A stretch of DNA of 64,000 nucleotides from a virus, in the IMG/VR virus record IMGVR_UViG_3300024262_000020, positions 1 through 64,000 of that record; one strand, written 5' to 3'. Within the stretch, counting starts at the first letter, position 1. Every line of letters begins with the position of its first letter. Of the stretch, positions 21,921 to 31,603 are shown piece by piece. A model generated the notes under the pieces. It was not told where the DNA came from and did not search any database. It saw nothing but the letters and a program-made list of their open reading frames with translations. Both the position numbers and the translations under genes were made by a program.

Positions 21921-22750
21921 TTTTCTTCTTCTAATTTTACTTTTTTATTTCTTTTATATCGTTTCTTTTTATCTGGCACAACTTTAGTATTTAAATCTGC
22001 ACCTGATTCAATTCTTCTTTCTCTTTCTTGTCTATTAAGCTCTTTTCTAATTTCCTTACTAACATCTTTCTTAGTTTCATTTACAAAAAAATTCATAAAC
22101 GACTCCATATGTCTGAATTTATAACCTAATCCTGTTCTTTTATACGCTGTTGTAATATCTTGTTTTGCTACTGGTTCAGGTTCTTCCCCATTTGTGCCAT
22201 AACCTACTTTTTTTATTTTAGGATATTCTAATGGTTTCTCTTTTACTGTTGGATCGAAATCAGGTGAATTAACTTTATCTATTCGTTGTTGTAAAATTCC
22301 AATTAACATATCAATTGTACCTAAATCACGTTCTTTTACAACTTCATACGGAAATTTTAACATATTTTTATCATCTTTGTAATGTTTTTCAATTTTTTCC
22401 TGATATTCTTTTCTTGTGTAAAGAATTTGAAATAAATCATCTAAAATTTCAGTATCTGTTTCTGAATTAATAGTGTTAAATAATTGAGCCATATCTATTT
22501 CACCATCATTAGAATTATATTCTAATAATGAAAAGTCTTGAAATTTGTTAATTCGCATTTCTACTTTTTGTGGTAAATTTTCATGTGTAGTTTCAGCGAA
22601 ATCTTTAACTGAATTAGGTTTCATTTGTTTAGCCATTTTTTTAATTTTATCTACTAAAGATTTATCCATATCTTTTGTTTTTAGTTCACCTTTTTGATAA
22701 GCGTGAACCATTCCCATAAGTCTCTGTTGTGATTTTGATGTGCTTGGCAT
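21917..22750 (-). CDS. DUF3008-like phage protein
   Basis: N-terminal MPSTSKSQQRLMGMVHAYQKGE...VKDFAET.H.NLP. Confidence 0.6.
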   Translation of the reverse strand: MPSTSKSQQRLMGMVHAYQKGELKTKDMDKSLVDKIKKMAKQMKPNSVKDFAETTHENLPQKVEMRINKFQDFSLLEYNSNDGEIDMAQLFNTINSETDTEILDDLFQILYTRKEYQEKIEKHYKDDKNMLKFPYEVVKERDLGTIDMLIGILQQRIDKVNSPDFDPTVKEKPLEYPKIKKVGYGTNGEEPEPVAKQDITTAYKRTGLGYKFRHMESFMNFFVNETKKDVSKEIRKELNRQERERRIESGADLNTKVVPDKKKRYKRNKKVKLEEEN

Positions 22751-22752
22751 TT

Positions 22753-23166
22753 TTATATGTTATATTTTTTTCCTGTTTTTCTAACTTGGTTATTATATTT
22801 AGATTCTTCTGATGGTTCATAAGAAAATTCCCAATCTTCACCTTCTTCATCATTACCTTTTATTTTTACTGAAACTTCTTCATCAATAATGTCATTCTCT
22901 AATAAAAATTCAAATATTTTTTGTAAAGAACTTTCAAAATCATCTATTATTATATCACATAAATCATCTTGAGTCATATATTCATCATCAAAACAACTTT
23001 GACCAATTTCTTCTATTATATCATCATTAATATCAAATCGTTCATCTAATAATCCATCCTTAATCGCATCTTGAATATAGAACCAAGTTGTTGGTGAATT
23101 TTCTCCATAATATAGAAGTATTGTTCCTTCTTCATCAGTATAACCTTCAAAAGTTTTAAATCTCAT
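22753..23166 (-). CDS. Acidic hypothetical protein with KTFE N-tag and KYNI C-tag
   Basis: ORF track; tags shared with other ORFs. Confidence 0.6.
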   Translation of the reverse strand: MRFKTFEGYTDEEGTILLYYGENSPTTWFYIQDAIKDGLLDERFDINDDIIEEIGQSCFDDEYMTQDDLCDIIIDDFESSLQKIFEFLLENDIIDEEVSVKIKGNDEEGEDWEFSYEPSEESKYNNQVRKTGKKYNI

Positions 23167-23172
23167 TTTTCT

Positions 23173-23544
23173 TTATTTATTTTTCATTACTTGTTTTAAC
23201 TTATTAAGTCCATAGAAATAATCTATAATTCTACATTTTAATACTCCCATTGTTGTTTGATTAAAAGGTGTTGTTTGATGTGATCTTTTTAACATTGCAG
23301 TTAAATAAATGATTTGTCCTCTTTTAACTTCACCAACAGATATAGCGGTATCAACCGTTATATTTTCTTCAATTTTATTTATAACACTCTCATCTTTAAT
23401 TATATCTATAATAGCTTCAATTTCAACAGGACCTTTAATAGGAATAAATTCTCCATCTTCTGTTTCTTCTAATGCTAAAATACCATCAGCAAGAGGTTTC
23501 AATTCGTCTTTTTTCTCAAAAGTATTAAATTTTTGTATTTTCAT
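23173..23544 (-). CDS. Hypothetical protein (KFNTFE N-tag)
   Basis: ORF track, tightly packed operon. Confidence 0.55.
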   Translation of the reverse strand: MKIQKFNTFEKKDELKPLADGILALEETEDGEFIPIKGPVEIEAIIDIIKDESVINKIEENITVDTAISVGEVKRGQIIYLTAMLKRSHQTTPFNQTTMGVLKCRIIDYFYGLNKLKQVMKNK

Positions 23545-23967
23545 TTATATGTTATATTTTCTTAATTCTTTATTTATTGGTTTGTATTCGTCAATAATTA
23601 CTTCTATTACTTCATCTTCATAGCCTTTAAATCCAGGATTTTCATTCGGACTCATATTATCTATTGGGAAATTTTCAATCCATAATCCACCCTCACCAGA
23701 AAACCAAACAGTATATCTATCCGAATTATCAATTAATATTGATGCATAAGGACCTTGATACATATCAAACCCTTTAATATCGATAATCTCAAATGGTATT
23801 TCTTCATCTTTAAGTGAATTTTGAATAAGTGTTAATCTTTTTTCCATATCTTTTATCCAATTTGATTCTTCACTATCATCATCAGGATTATCTTTAACAT
23901 ATTCCCAATCTACATCTCTTGACCATTCGCCAGTTTCAAATAATTTATATGTTTTTAAAAATTTCAA
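23545..23967 (-). CDS. Acidic hypothetical protein with KLFE N-tag and KYNI C-tag
   Basis: ORF track; shared tags. Confidence 0.6.
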   Translation of the reverse strand: MKFLKTYKLFETGEWSRDVDWEYVKDNPDDDSEESNWIKDMEKRLTLIQNSLKDEEIPFEIIDIKGFDMYQGPYASILIDNSDRYTVWFSGEGGLWIENFPIDNMSPNENPGFKGYEDEVIEVIIDEYKPINKELRKYNI

Positions 23968-24446
23968 TTTATTTTATAACTTTTTTCAATATAATTTTGA
24001 TATTTCATTTTCATTTTATCTATCAATTTATCATCAGTAAAATTAGGATTATCGAGATTATATACTATGTCATCATTTATTTTTATTCTAATATTATTTT
24101 CATTTTTATTATCATGAACAGATAATTTGCCTTCAATAATATCAAAATTAGATAACTCAATTGTTATCTTAGTCTTATATATTAAATTATAATTTTTAAA
24201 ATCTCTTTTATTATAGTAACCTTCAAGTTTTTTGACCCTTAAATTCTTTGGTCTGTTGCGTTGTTTGTATATTATGAATGAGAATTCGTTAATTATTTTA
24301 TTTGTGAACTCTTGAACATCATTTTCAATATTATTTTCAATTTCTAACTTCATATTTTCATTTAAGTTTTTATGTATATTTCTATTTTTACTCAGTTTCT
24401 CGTTATCAATATCTTCATTTACAAATAAATTAAATTTTATCAACAT
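23964..24446 (-). CDS. Hypothetical protein (FNLFVNE N-tag)
   Basis: ORF track. Confidence 0.55.
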   Translation of the reverse strand: MLIKFNLFVNEDIDNEKLSKNRNIHKNLNENMKLEIENNIENDVQEFTNKIINEFSFIIYKQRNRPKNLRVKKLEGYYNKRDFKNYNLIYKTKITIELSNFDIIEGKLSVHDNKNENNIRIKINDDIVYNLDNPNFTDDKLIDKMKMKYQNYIEKSYKIN

Positions 24447-24522
24447 TTAAGAGAATTCTTTTTCCTATATATTTAATTTCAGATTTAAAATTAAATATAT
24501 AGAATAAATATAAAAGATCTGA

Positions 24523-27500
24523 ATGACCAATATTATTCGAATAAGAGACTTAACACAAGAAACCTCGTTAGATGGAAATTTATTACTTCCAGTAGATAAA
24601 TCAACATATAGTGTAAATGCAAAACATATTAAATTATCCGATCTTGCATCGTATATACAAATATTAAATATAGAACTTTCTTTAAGTGGATTAACTGATG
24701 TAACATTTTATAATTTACAAGATGGTGATTATTTGATGTATAGCGGTTCTACTGGATTTTGGGTAAATGTATCTGGCGTTACAGATGGAACCTCAGGAAC
24801 AGATGGAGCCGATGGTACATCAGGTAGTTCAGGAACTGATGGTGCTTCAGGTACAGATGGAACATCAGGTAGTTCAGGTAGTTCAGGAACTGATGGTGCT
24901 TCAGGTAGTGGTACGGATGGAACATCAGGTAGTTCAGGTAGTTCAGGAACTGATGGTGCTTCAGGTAGTGGTACGGATGGAACATCAGGTAGTTCAGGTA
25001 GTTCAGGAACAGATGGCGCAGATGGTTCAGGGACAGACGGAACCTCAGGAAGTTCAGGAAGTTCAGGAACCGATGGTACATCAGGAACTTCAGGTGTTGA
25101 TGGTGGTGGTGGTTCAGGTACAGACGGAACATCAGGAAGTTCAGGAACTGATGGAACATCAGGAAGTTCAGGTACAGATGGAACCTCAGGTACAAGTGGC
25201 TCAGGTACAGATGGAACCTCAGGTAGTTCAGGAACTGATGGAACAAGTGGAAGTTCAGGAACTGATGGAACATCAGGAAGTTCAGGAACCTCAGGAACAG
25301 ATGGTCAGTCAGATAGATATGCTACAACATCAGTAACATCATTTACAATTCCTACATCACATCCAACAACGATAGAATTGACTGGTGGTACAGGATTATC
25401 CTGGACAGTAGGTCAAGAAGCTATAATAGCATATGATATTAATAATTATTTTAATGCGACAGTATCTATATATGATTCAATTTCAGGTGGTTTTGTTTTT
25501 CAATCAAGTAGTAATGTTGGAACAGGAACATATGCAAGTTGGGATATTAATTTAGGTGGTGCACCAGGAGTGTCAGGAAGTTCAGGAACAGATGGAACCT
25601 CAGGTAGTTCAGGAACAGATGGAACCTCAGGTACAAGTGGATCAGGAACAGATGGAACTTCAGGAAGTTCAGGAACTGATGGTACAGATGGAACCTCAGG
25701 TACAGATGGTACAGATGGAACCTCAGGTAGTTCAGGTACAGATGGAACATCAGGTAGTTCAGGTAGTTCAGGCACAGACGGAACCTCAGGTAGTTCAGGC
25801 ACAGATGGAACAAGTGGAAGTTCAGGTAGTTCAGGCACAGACGGAACCTCAGGTACAGATGGAACAGATGGCACTTCAGGTAGTTCAGGCACAGATGGAA
25901 CCTCAGGTACAGATGGAACATCAGGTAGTTCAGGTAGTTCAGGTACATCAGGTACAGATGGAACAAGTGGTAGTTCAGGAATTGCATCAGCGGTAGGTTC
26001 TAATTATTGGATTCAATATTATGATGATTCACAACCAAATAATCAAGGATCAACAGATAAGTTAAATTGGAACAAATCATCTTTTATATTAGAAGTTAGT
26101 GGCGAAACCAAAATAACAAGTTTAGCTTCAGATGTGAATAGATACGTATTTTCTGATACTGATGGTTTATTATACACAGGTAATACTATTGATAATGTGC
26201 CTAATTTCTATTGTAATACCTGGCAAGAAGTTAAAGATGCAGTTACTGAAATAAATGCTCAATATCCAGGTGGTAATATTTTCTTATCTGGTGATTGGTA
26301 TATGACTGAAGATGTAACTTGGGATTTAACAAATATTTCGTTTTATGGTTTTGGTGCGGTTTGGAGATGCACCAATTTAGTTCATAATGATAATGATCCA
26401 GTTGTGGCTAAAAAAGTAACTGTAACTGCTGGAAATCCAACATTTTATAATATTGCATTTGGTGGTAGTGGTTTAGGTAATATAACTGAAAATTTTGCAA
26501 TTTATAATTCAAGACATATATTTACCTTTACTGATGGTAATCATGATATTGTATTTGATAAATGTAATTTTTCTGATATTGTAGGTGGTATCGGAACTAA
26601 TTCTGTTATTGAAGTGGTTGGTATTGATGCGTTTGATTCTGTAAATATGACATTTAATAATTGTATTGTTTCATCACATAATATAACATCACCAACACCA
26701 ACAATGTTCACATATACTGGATTTACAATCAATGTTACGGGTACTCAATCTGGATATTTTAAATGTAGTGTTTATCAGCAGAAAAGAACAGGAATAAAAA
26801 ATGATATTAATAAAACATCATTAGCATATCATATCACTAGTACAACACCTGCTAACACTAGATTTACATCTGATTCTACAGCGTGGTTGTCTTATATTGA
26901 CTCGACATCCACAACAGATAATATTATAACATTAACAAATAGTGCAACAACTATTGCAAATGATGATTTAATTATATTTAGTGATATAAGTGATTATGGT
27001 AATATTAAATCTATTAAATATCAATATATTTCAGGTGGAACAGGTTCATCACAATATGTTCCTACTTATGGTGAATGGGTATCAATTGCTAATTTTAATA
27101 CTACAGCAGGTTCGGGTACTATAACCACAACTTCTGATTATACTGATGTTATAAACCCAGGTATGGCAATAAGATTATCAGGTATAACCAGTACTTCAGG
27201 TGATACATACGTTTATGCCGTTGTTACAGCTATTAATGGTACAACGATAACCGCCTCAGGACCAGCATTAAATGATAAGGGTACATTAGTGAGTGTTGAA
27301 TATTCAACAAATCCTGGAATGATTCATGTTGAGGCATTTACAATTCCTGGAAATTATGCTGATTCTAATGATACAATATTATTGGAATCTGATTTATTGA
27401 TGAAAGGTGGATATAATTGGAGAAATATTAAATCTTCGTTAGTTCGTACAGATGCTATACATATATCAGATGATACTGGTATTGCATCCACTCAACCAAC

Positions 27501-27717
27501 TATTACACCAACAATTGAAGGTTCTGACGTTTTATCATTGTACTTAACTGGTAGTACGTCAATAGTCAACTCGATTAATAATGTAAATTCTTCCAATTAT
27601 AAAATAGAGTTAAATCAAAATATAGACATAAAGGTTAATGTTGCAACTGGTGGCGCACCAAATAATAATGCTGCGGATTTAACAATTTATTTAACATTTG
27701 TGAAGGAGGGTAAATAA
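24523..27717 (+). CDS. Tail fibre/virion fibre-like protein with G-x-x (GTDGTSGSS) repeats
   Basis: N-terminal IRIRDL, LSGLTDV..LQDGDYLMY motif, collagen-like Gly triplets, probable beta-helix segment. Confidence 0.7.
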   Translation: MTNIIRIRDLTQETSLDGNLLLPVDKSTYSVNAKHIKLSDLASYIQILNIELSLSGLTDVTFYNLQDGDYLMYSGSTGFWVNVSGVTDGTSGTDGADGTSGSSGTDGASGTDGTSGSSGSSGTDGASGSGTDGTSGSSGSSGTDGASGSGTDGTSGSSGSSGTDGADGSGTDGTSGSSGSSGTDGTSGTSGVDGGGGSGTDGTSGSSGTDGTSGSSGTDGTSGTSGSGTDGTSGSSGTDGTSGSSGTDGTSGSSGTSGTDGQSDRYATTSVTSFTIPTSHPTTIELTGGTGLSWTVGQEAIIAYDINNYFNATVSIYDSISGGFVFQSSSNVGTGTYASWDINLGGAPGVSGSSGTDGTSGSSGTDGTSGTSGSGTDGTSGSSGTDGTDGTSGTDGTDGTSGSSGTDGTSGSSGSSGTDGTSGSSGTDGTSGSSGSSGTDGTSGTDGTDGTSGSSGTDGTSGTDGTSGSSGSSGTSGTDGTSGSSGIASAVGSNYWIQYYDDSQPNNQGSTDKLNWNKSSFILEVSGETKITSLASDVNRYVFSDTDGLLYTGNTIDNVPNFYCNTWQEVKDAVTEINAQYPGGNIFLSGDWYMTEDVTWDLTNISFYGFGAVWRCTNLVHNDNDPVVAKKVTVTAGNPTFYNIAFGGSGLGNITENFAIYNSRHIFTFTDGNHDIVFDKCNFSDIVGGIGTNSVIEVVGIDAFDSVNMTFNNCIVSSHNITSPTPTMFTYTGFTINVTGTQSGYFKCSVYQQKRTGIKNDINKTSLAYHITSTTPANTRFTSDSTAWLSYIDSTSTTDNIITLTNSATTIANDDLIIFSDISDYGNIKSIKYQYISGGTGSSQYVPTYGEWVSIANFNTTAGSGTITTTSDYTDVINPGMAIRLSGITSTSGDTYVYAVVTAINGTTITASGPALNDKGTLVSVEYSTNPGMIHVEAFTIPGNYADSNDTILLESDLLMKGGYNWRNIKSSLVRTDAIHISDDTGIASTQPTITPTIEGSDVLSLYLTGSTSIVNSINNVNSSNYKIELNQNIDIKVNVATGGAPNNNAADLTIYLTFVKEGK
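24775..25305 (+). repeat. Coding 9-bp-unit tandem repeats (GTD/GTS/GSS), block 1
   Basis: Repeated acagatggaacatcaggtagttcagg. Confidence 0.9.
25567..25980 (+). repeat. Coding 9-bp-unit tandem repeats (GTD/GTS/GSS), block 2
   Basis: Repeated acagatggaacctcaggtagttcagg. Confidence 0.9.
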
Positions 27718-28505
27718 TGATACATAGAAAGAATTCACCATATGGTAATGATAGCCATACAATAATGTATTTTAATGGAAATGAAACTATGATAGGTGAC
27801 CCATTTGGTTTGGGTGGTGGTACATTTGGAGAGTCATCATATTTAAATCAAGATATACATTCTACTGCTGTTGCACAATCAACATCACAAAGTAGATTTG
27901 GCTCAAAAAGTTATTTGTGGGGCACATCAACCAGTTCTGGTATAGGACTTAGTGCGAGAACAGATTCACAATATAATTTTAGAGAATTGGATTATTCTAT
28001 TGATTTTTGGGTTTATTTTAATAGTGGTACGACTGGATATTTTGATTTTTTAGGAATTGTGGATAGATCAGATACTACTAAATATTTAGTTATTCAAGCA
28101 TACCCAAGTGGTATTGGCACCTGTTATTGGTATTTGAGAATTCAAAATGGTACTGGCGTTCAGATAGTAGATTTTTCTAGACAAAGTAATGACTTTAATT
28201 TCCATACTTGGTATCATATTTGTATATCTCGAAAAAGTACACCAAGTGGGGAATCATATTCAATATATGCGGCTAATCCATCAGTATCACATATTTCACA
28301 TTGGTTAACAGGTGCTACTAATTCATTTTTATTTGATTTTAATTGGACCAATCCTACTCTTTTTGTTGGTACAAATCTTGGTGGAGGACCAACAACAAAT
28401 CTATATGTAGATTCTTTTAGAATATCGAGAGGTAATGCTAGAATGTTTGCTACAACTACTATTGGAATAAAACCGACTTATTCCATACCAAATAGAGATT
28501 ATTAA
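27717..28505 (+). CDS. LamG/concanavalin-like virion protein
   Basis: SRFGSKS, DYSIDFWVY, TWYHICISR, YVDSFRISRG.AR. Confidence 0.75.
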   Translation: MIHRKNSPYGNDSHTIMYFNGNETMIGDPFGLGGGTFGESSYLNQDIHSTAVAQSTSQSRFGSKSYLWGTSTSSGIGLSARTDSQYNFRELDYSIDFWVYFNSGTTGYFDFLGIVDRSDTTKYLVIQAYPSGIGTCYWYLRIQNGTGVQIVDFSRQSNDFNFHTWYHICISRKSTPSGESYSIYAANPSVSHISHWLTGATNSFLFDFNWTNPTLFVGTNLGGGPTTNLYVDSFRISRGNARMFATTTIGIKPTYSIPNRDY

Positions 28506-28559
28506 TTTTCAACTAAACCTTATTTTCAATATATATAACTTAAAAATAACTTAATTTAT

Positions 28560-29180
28560 ATGTTGAAAGTTACTGTCATTATGGCATCATTTTTAGGTGA
28601 ATATCCAGGTGCCGCAAAAAATAGAGATAAAAAATTTATACGAGCTGTAAAATCGTTCAAAAATCAGACATACGAGAATAAAGAACTTATAATTGTTTCG
28701 GATGGTTGTGAAAAAACTACACAATTGTTTAATGAGCATTTTATTGATGATGAAAATATTAGTTTGATTCAATTACCAAAGCAAATATTATATTCTGGTG
28801 AAATGAGAAATGCAGCTTTAAGAGAAGCGACAGGAGATATAATTACATACCTTGATTCTGATGATGTTATTGGAAAGACTCATATTGAAACAATTATAAA
28901 TCAATTTGATACGGAAAAATACGATTGGGTTTTTTATAATGATTATCTTGTAACTTCACCTGATTTTAAGAAATTGCACACTAGAGTAGTTGAAACGAGG
29001 TTTGGTTCAATTGGAACTAGTGCTGTGACACATAAAAATAATAAAGATTTGTTATGGTCGTCAGGTTATGGTCATGATTGGATTTTTGTTATGACATTAG
29101 CAGGAATGGGATTAAGATTCACTAAACTTGCACAAACCCCACAGTATTTAGTGTGTCATTATGCTGGAGGAGATTTTTAA
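28560..29180 (+). CDS. GT2 family glycosyltransferase
   Basis: VTVIM, ELIIVSDG, RNAAL..ATGDIITYLDSDD. Confidence 0.85.
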   Translation: MLKVTVIMASFLGEYPGAAKNRDKKFIRAVKSFKNQTYENKELIIVSDGCEKTTQLFNEHFIDDENISLIQLPKQILYSGEMRNAALREATGDIITYLDSDDVIGKTHIETIINQFDTEKYDWVFYNDYLVTSPDFKKLHTRVVETRFGSIGTSAVTHKNNKDLLWSSGYGHDWIFVMTLAGMGLRFTKLAQTPQYLVCHYAGGDF

Positions 29181-29195
29181 AAATAATTTATTTCT

Positions 29196-30059
29196 ATGAA
29201 GATTGTTGAGAGTCCAAGAGATGGACTACAAGGTATTAAAATATTCATACCTACTGAAAAAAAGATAGAATATTTAAATTTATTATTGGATGTTGGTTTT
29301 GATACATTAGATTTTGGATCTTTTGTTTCTCCTAAATCTATTCCCCAAATGAGAGATACTGCTGAAGTTGTTGATAAATTAGATTTATCAAAAACAAATA
29401 CTAAATTATTATCAATAGTTGCAAATGCTAGAGGTGCTGAAGATGCTTCAAAATTTGAACAAATAAAATATTTAGGTTTTCCTTTTTCGATATCAAATAC
29501 TTTTTTAGAACGAAATATTAATTCAAATATTTCTAAATCATATGATACTGCTTTGAAAATTCTAAATATTGCTGAAAAAAATAATAAAGAGGTTGTTATT
29601 TATTTTTCAATGGGGTTTGGAAATCCGTATGGTGATTATTGGGATATTAATTTTATAGATAAGTATATTGAATTATTTAAGTATGAAGGTATTAAAATTG
29701 TAGCACTATCTGATACTATTGGTATATCAACACCACAACAAATATTTGATGTATTTAATCATGTTATACCCAAATATAATGATGTTGAGTTTGGTTTTCA
29801 TTTACATACAAGAAAGGGTGAAGAATATTATAGATTAAATACTGCATATTATGCTGGTTGTAGAAGGTTTGATACGGTGATTGGTGGATTGGGTGGTTGC
29901 CCTGCCGCACTTTCAGATGGGCAAACAATTTCAAATTTACAAACAAAAACTTTTGTGGATTTTTGTAATAAAGAGAATATAGAATTAGATATTGATTTAT
30001 CTAAATTGGATATAGCAAGGAACTATATGAAAAAAGAATTAAAAATTAATGACATATAA
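29196..30059 (+). CDS. Hydroxymethylglutaryl-CoA lyase family (DRE-TIM)
   Basis: ESPRDGLQG, GSFVSPKSIPQMRD, LSDTIG, HLH, GGLGGCP. Confidence 0.85.
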   Translation: MKIVESPRDGLQGIKIFIPTEKKIEYLNLLLDVGFDTLDFGSFVSPKSIPQMRDTAEVVDKLDLSKTNTKLLSIVANARGAEDASKFEQIKYLGFPFSISNTFLERNINSNISKSYDTALKILNIAEKNNKEVVIYFSMGFGNPYGDYWDINFIDKYIELFKYEGIKIVALSDTIGISTPQQIFDVFNHVIPKYNDVEFGFHLHTRKGEEYYRLNTAYYAGCRRFDTVIGGLGGCPAALSDGQTISNLQTKTFVDFCNKENIELDIDLSKLDIARNYMKKELKINDI

Positions 30060-30402
30060 TGAAGATGAACACATTGATTATATAATAGATAGGTTTGATT
30101 TTGAAAGAGTTAAGAAGTTTATGGAAATTGACAATTGGAAATGGGGTAATAATATACCTACATTGACTGAACTAAAGAGTACTGCATTAGATTTGTTAAT
30201 GAGTATAAAAGATGGTGAATACGGTGATTGTTCATCAACAGGTGGATTAGCCGCCACAAATTGTGGTGATTTTTTAAGACTTGATTTTTCAATAGAGGAT
30301 ATGGACTCTATTTATTTAAACTTAACTGATAATTATATGCGAGATAAGAAACGTAAAGAAAGAAAAGATAAATTAGAAGTGATTGATGAAATATCTACCT
30401 AA
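30049..30402 (+). CDS. Hypothetical protein (paralogue of 53029..53529), RKxKL C-tail
   Basis: IIDRFDFERV...NWKW...PT..ELK...SSTGG shared with the 53029 ORF. Confidence 0.6.
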   Translation: MTYNEDEHIDYIIDRFDFERVKKFMEIDNWKWGNNIPTLTELKSTALDLLMSIKDGEYGDCSSTGGLAATNCGDFLRLDFSIEDMDSIYLNLTDNYMRDKKRKERKDKLEVIDEIST

Positions 30403-30748
30403 GAAAAAGAGTGATGTACAACTTAATGGTATAATTAAGTTTGATGGATCATCTTGGAAAAAACTAGGTATTACTGAAGTACAAAGAGAATTTGATGATA
30501 GATTAGATGATATTAGAAAAAAATATGATGAACTTCAGGAAGAGTTTTATTGGAATAAATTAGTATATGAAAGTGAAATTAGATTTGAGCCAATTATTGG
30601 ACAGATATATCATTTATATGAAAAAGATGATAATAGATTTTTGTCTCTAATTGCACCTAATGAGTGGCATATGCCTTATATTGGATCATTTAAGTTAAAA
30701 TATAATAGGAAATGGGAAAGAATACAATTAAATTTTATGAAGAATTAA
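30383..30748 (+). CDS. DUF2452-like protein
   Basis: FEPIIGQIYHLY...FLSLIAPNEW. Confidence 0.65.
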   Translation: MMKYLPKKKSDVQLNGIIKFDGSSWKKLGITEVQREFDDRLDDIRKKYDELQEEFYWNKLVYESEIRFEPIIGQIYHLYEKDDNRFLSLIAPNEWHMPYIGSFKLKYNRKWERIQLNFMKN

Positions 30749-30939
30749 AGACCGAAAATCTTCAAAATTTATTAAAAGGGTTAGAAACGGCACATTATAA
30801 TACTGATTATATAATAAGTGAAGTTGAAAAAAATGGTGGTATCGTTTCTTCATTTGAGAAGAAAATTATTGATTATCAGATAGATATATCATTGATAAGA
30901 ATGGAACTAAATAGAAGATTATGGAAAGAATCGACATAA
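30712..30939 (+). CDS. Hypothetical protein
   Basis: ORF track, overlapping operon. Confidence 0.45.
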   Translation: MGKNTIKFYEELKTENLQNLLKGLETAHYNTDYIISEVEKNGGIVSSFEKKIIDYQIDISLIRMELNRRLWKEST

Positions 30940-31424
30940 ATAAGAATTATAATTCATATGAATTATCGAAGATAAAGCATACTAATAGGAATGAGATTGG
31001 TGACTTACCTATACATGAAGTAAGAGTAATTAAGTATGTTGTGTTGCTTTCATATTATCCATTCAATGAACAAAAATGGAAAATATTTAAATCATTAAGT
31101 AAAAATCAAAAAATGGGTATGTTAAATAGACATGTGCTTAGTGTTGCTCGCCAATTAGGTGTTTCTGATATTTTACTCAAAAAGGCAAAAGAAATAACTA
31201 AAGATTTAGCATCATCAACAAAAAGAGCAAAAAGAACAACCATTGGAAATATTCTCAAACCAAATTTTTATAAAGAACAGGAAGAAAGATATAGGAGAAA
31301 ATTAGAAGAATATTATACATTAATTCTTGATATTATAATGGAAGAAACAAGTAAAAGAATGAATGTTAAATATTTAAGAAAAAAGAAATTAGATGAAATA
31401 ATCCAATCAGGTACACAAGAATAA
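30921..31424 (+). CDS. Hypothetical protein, RKxKL C-tail
   Basis: ORF track. Confidence 0.5.
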   Translation: MERIDINKNYNSYELSKIKHTNRNEIGDLPIHEVRVIKYVVLLSYYPFNEQKWKIFKSLSKNQKMGMLNRHVLSVARQLGVSDILLKKAKEITKDLASSTKRAKRTTIGNILKPNFYKEQEERYRRKLEEYYTLILDIIMEETSKRMNVKYLRKKKLDEIIQSGTQE

Positions 31425-31553
31425 TGCCTTGGTTGAGGTTAGTGGTAACATTTTTAGTATCACATTAAACTGCTAAAAATCACTCGGATGCGTTGAACTG
31501 CTGTATCAGGTTAAACTACACTAAGATAGGGGGGTTGGTTACCCAGTTACCAT
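31425..31553 (+). ncRNA. Putative structured ncRNA (unclassified; weak 6S-like resemblance)
   Basis: GC-enriched intergenic with TGGTAAC/GTTACCA and ATTTTTAG/CTAAAAAT stems, followed by a terminator. Confidence 0.35.
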
Positions 31554-31587
31554 AAAAAGAGAGGTTAAGTGATGCCTCTCTTTTTTT
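31554..31587 (+). terminator. Intrinsic terminator
   Basis: AAAAAGAGAGG-loop-CCTCTCTTTTTTT. Confidence 0.8.
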
Positions 31588-31603
31588 GTTTTAATATTTA
31601 TTT

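Noticed and set aside
24775-25980. Possible CRISPR array or diversity-generating repeat
   Set aside because: The repeats are in-frame codon triplets with no unique spacers; no cas or reverse transcriptase gene in the window.
24767-25996. Alternative-frame and antisense ORFs (QVVQELM, PEVPSV, FHLYLN repeats)
   Set aside because: Shadows of the 9-bp coding repeats in the fibre gene.
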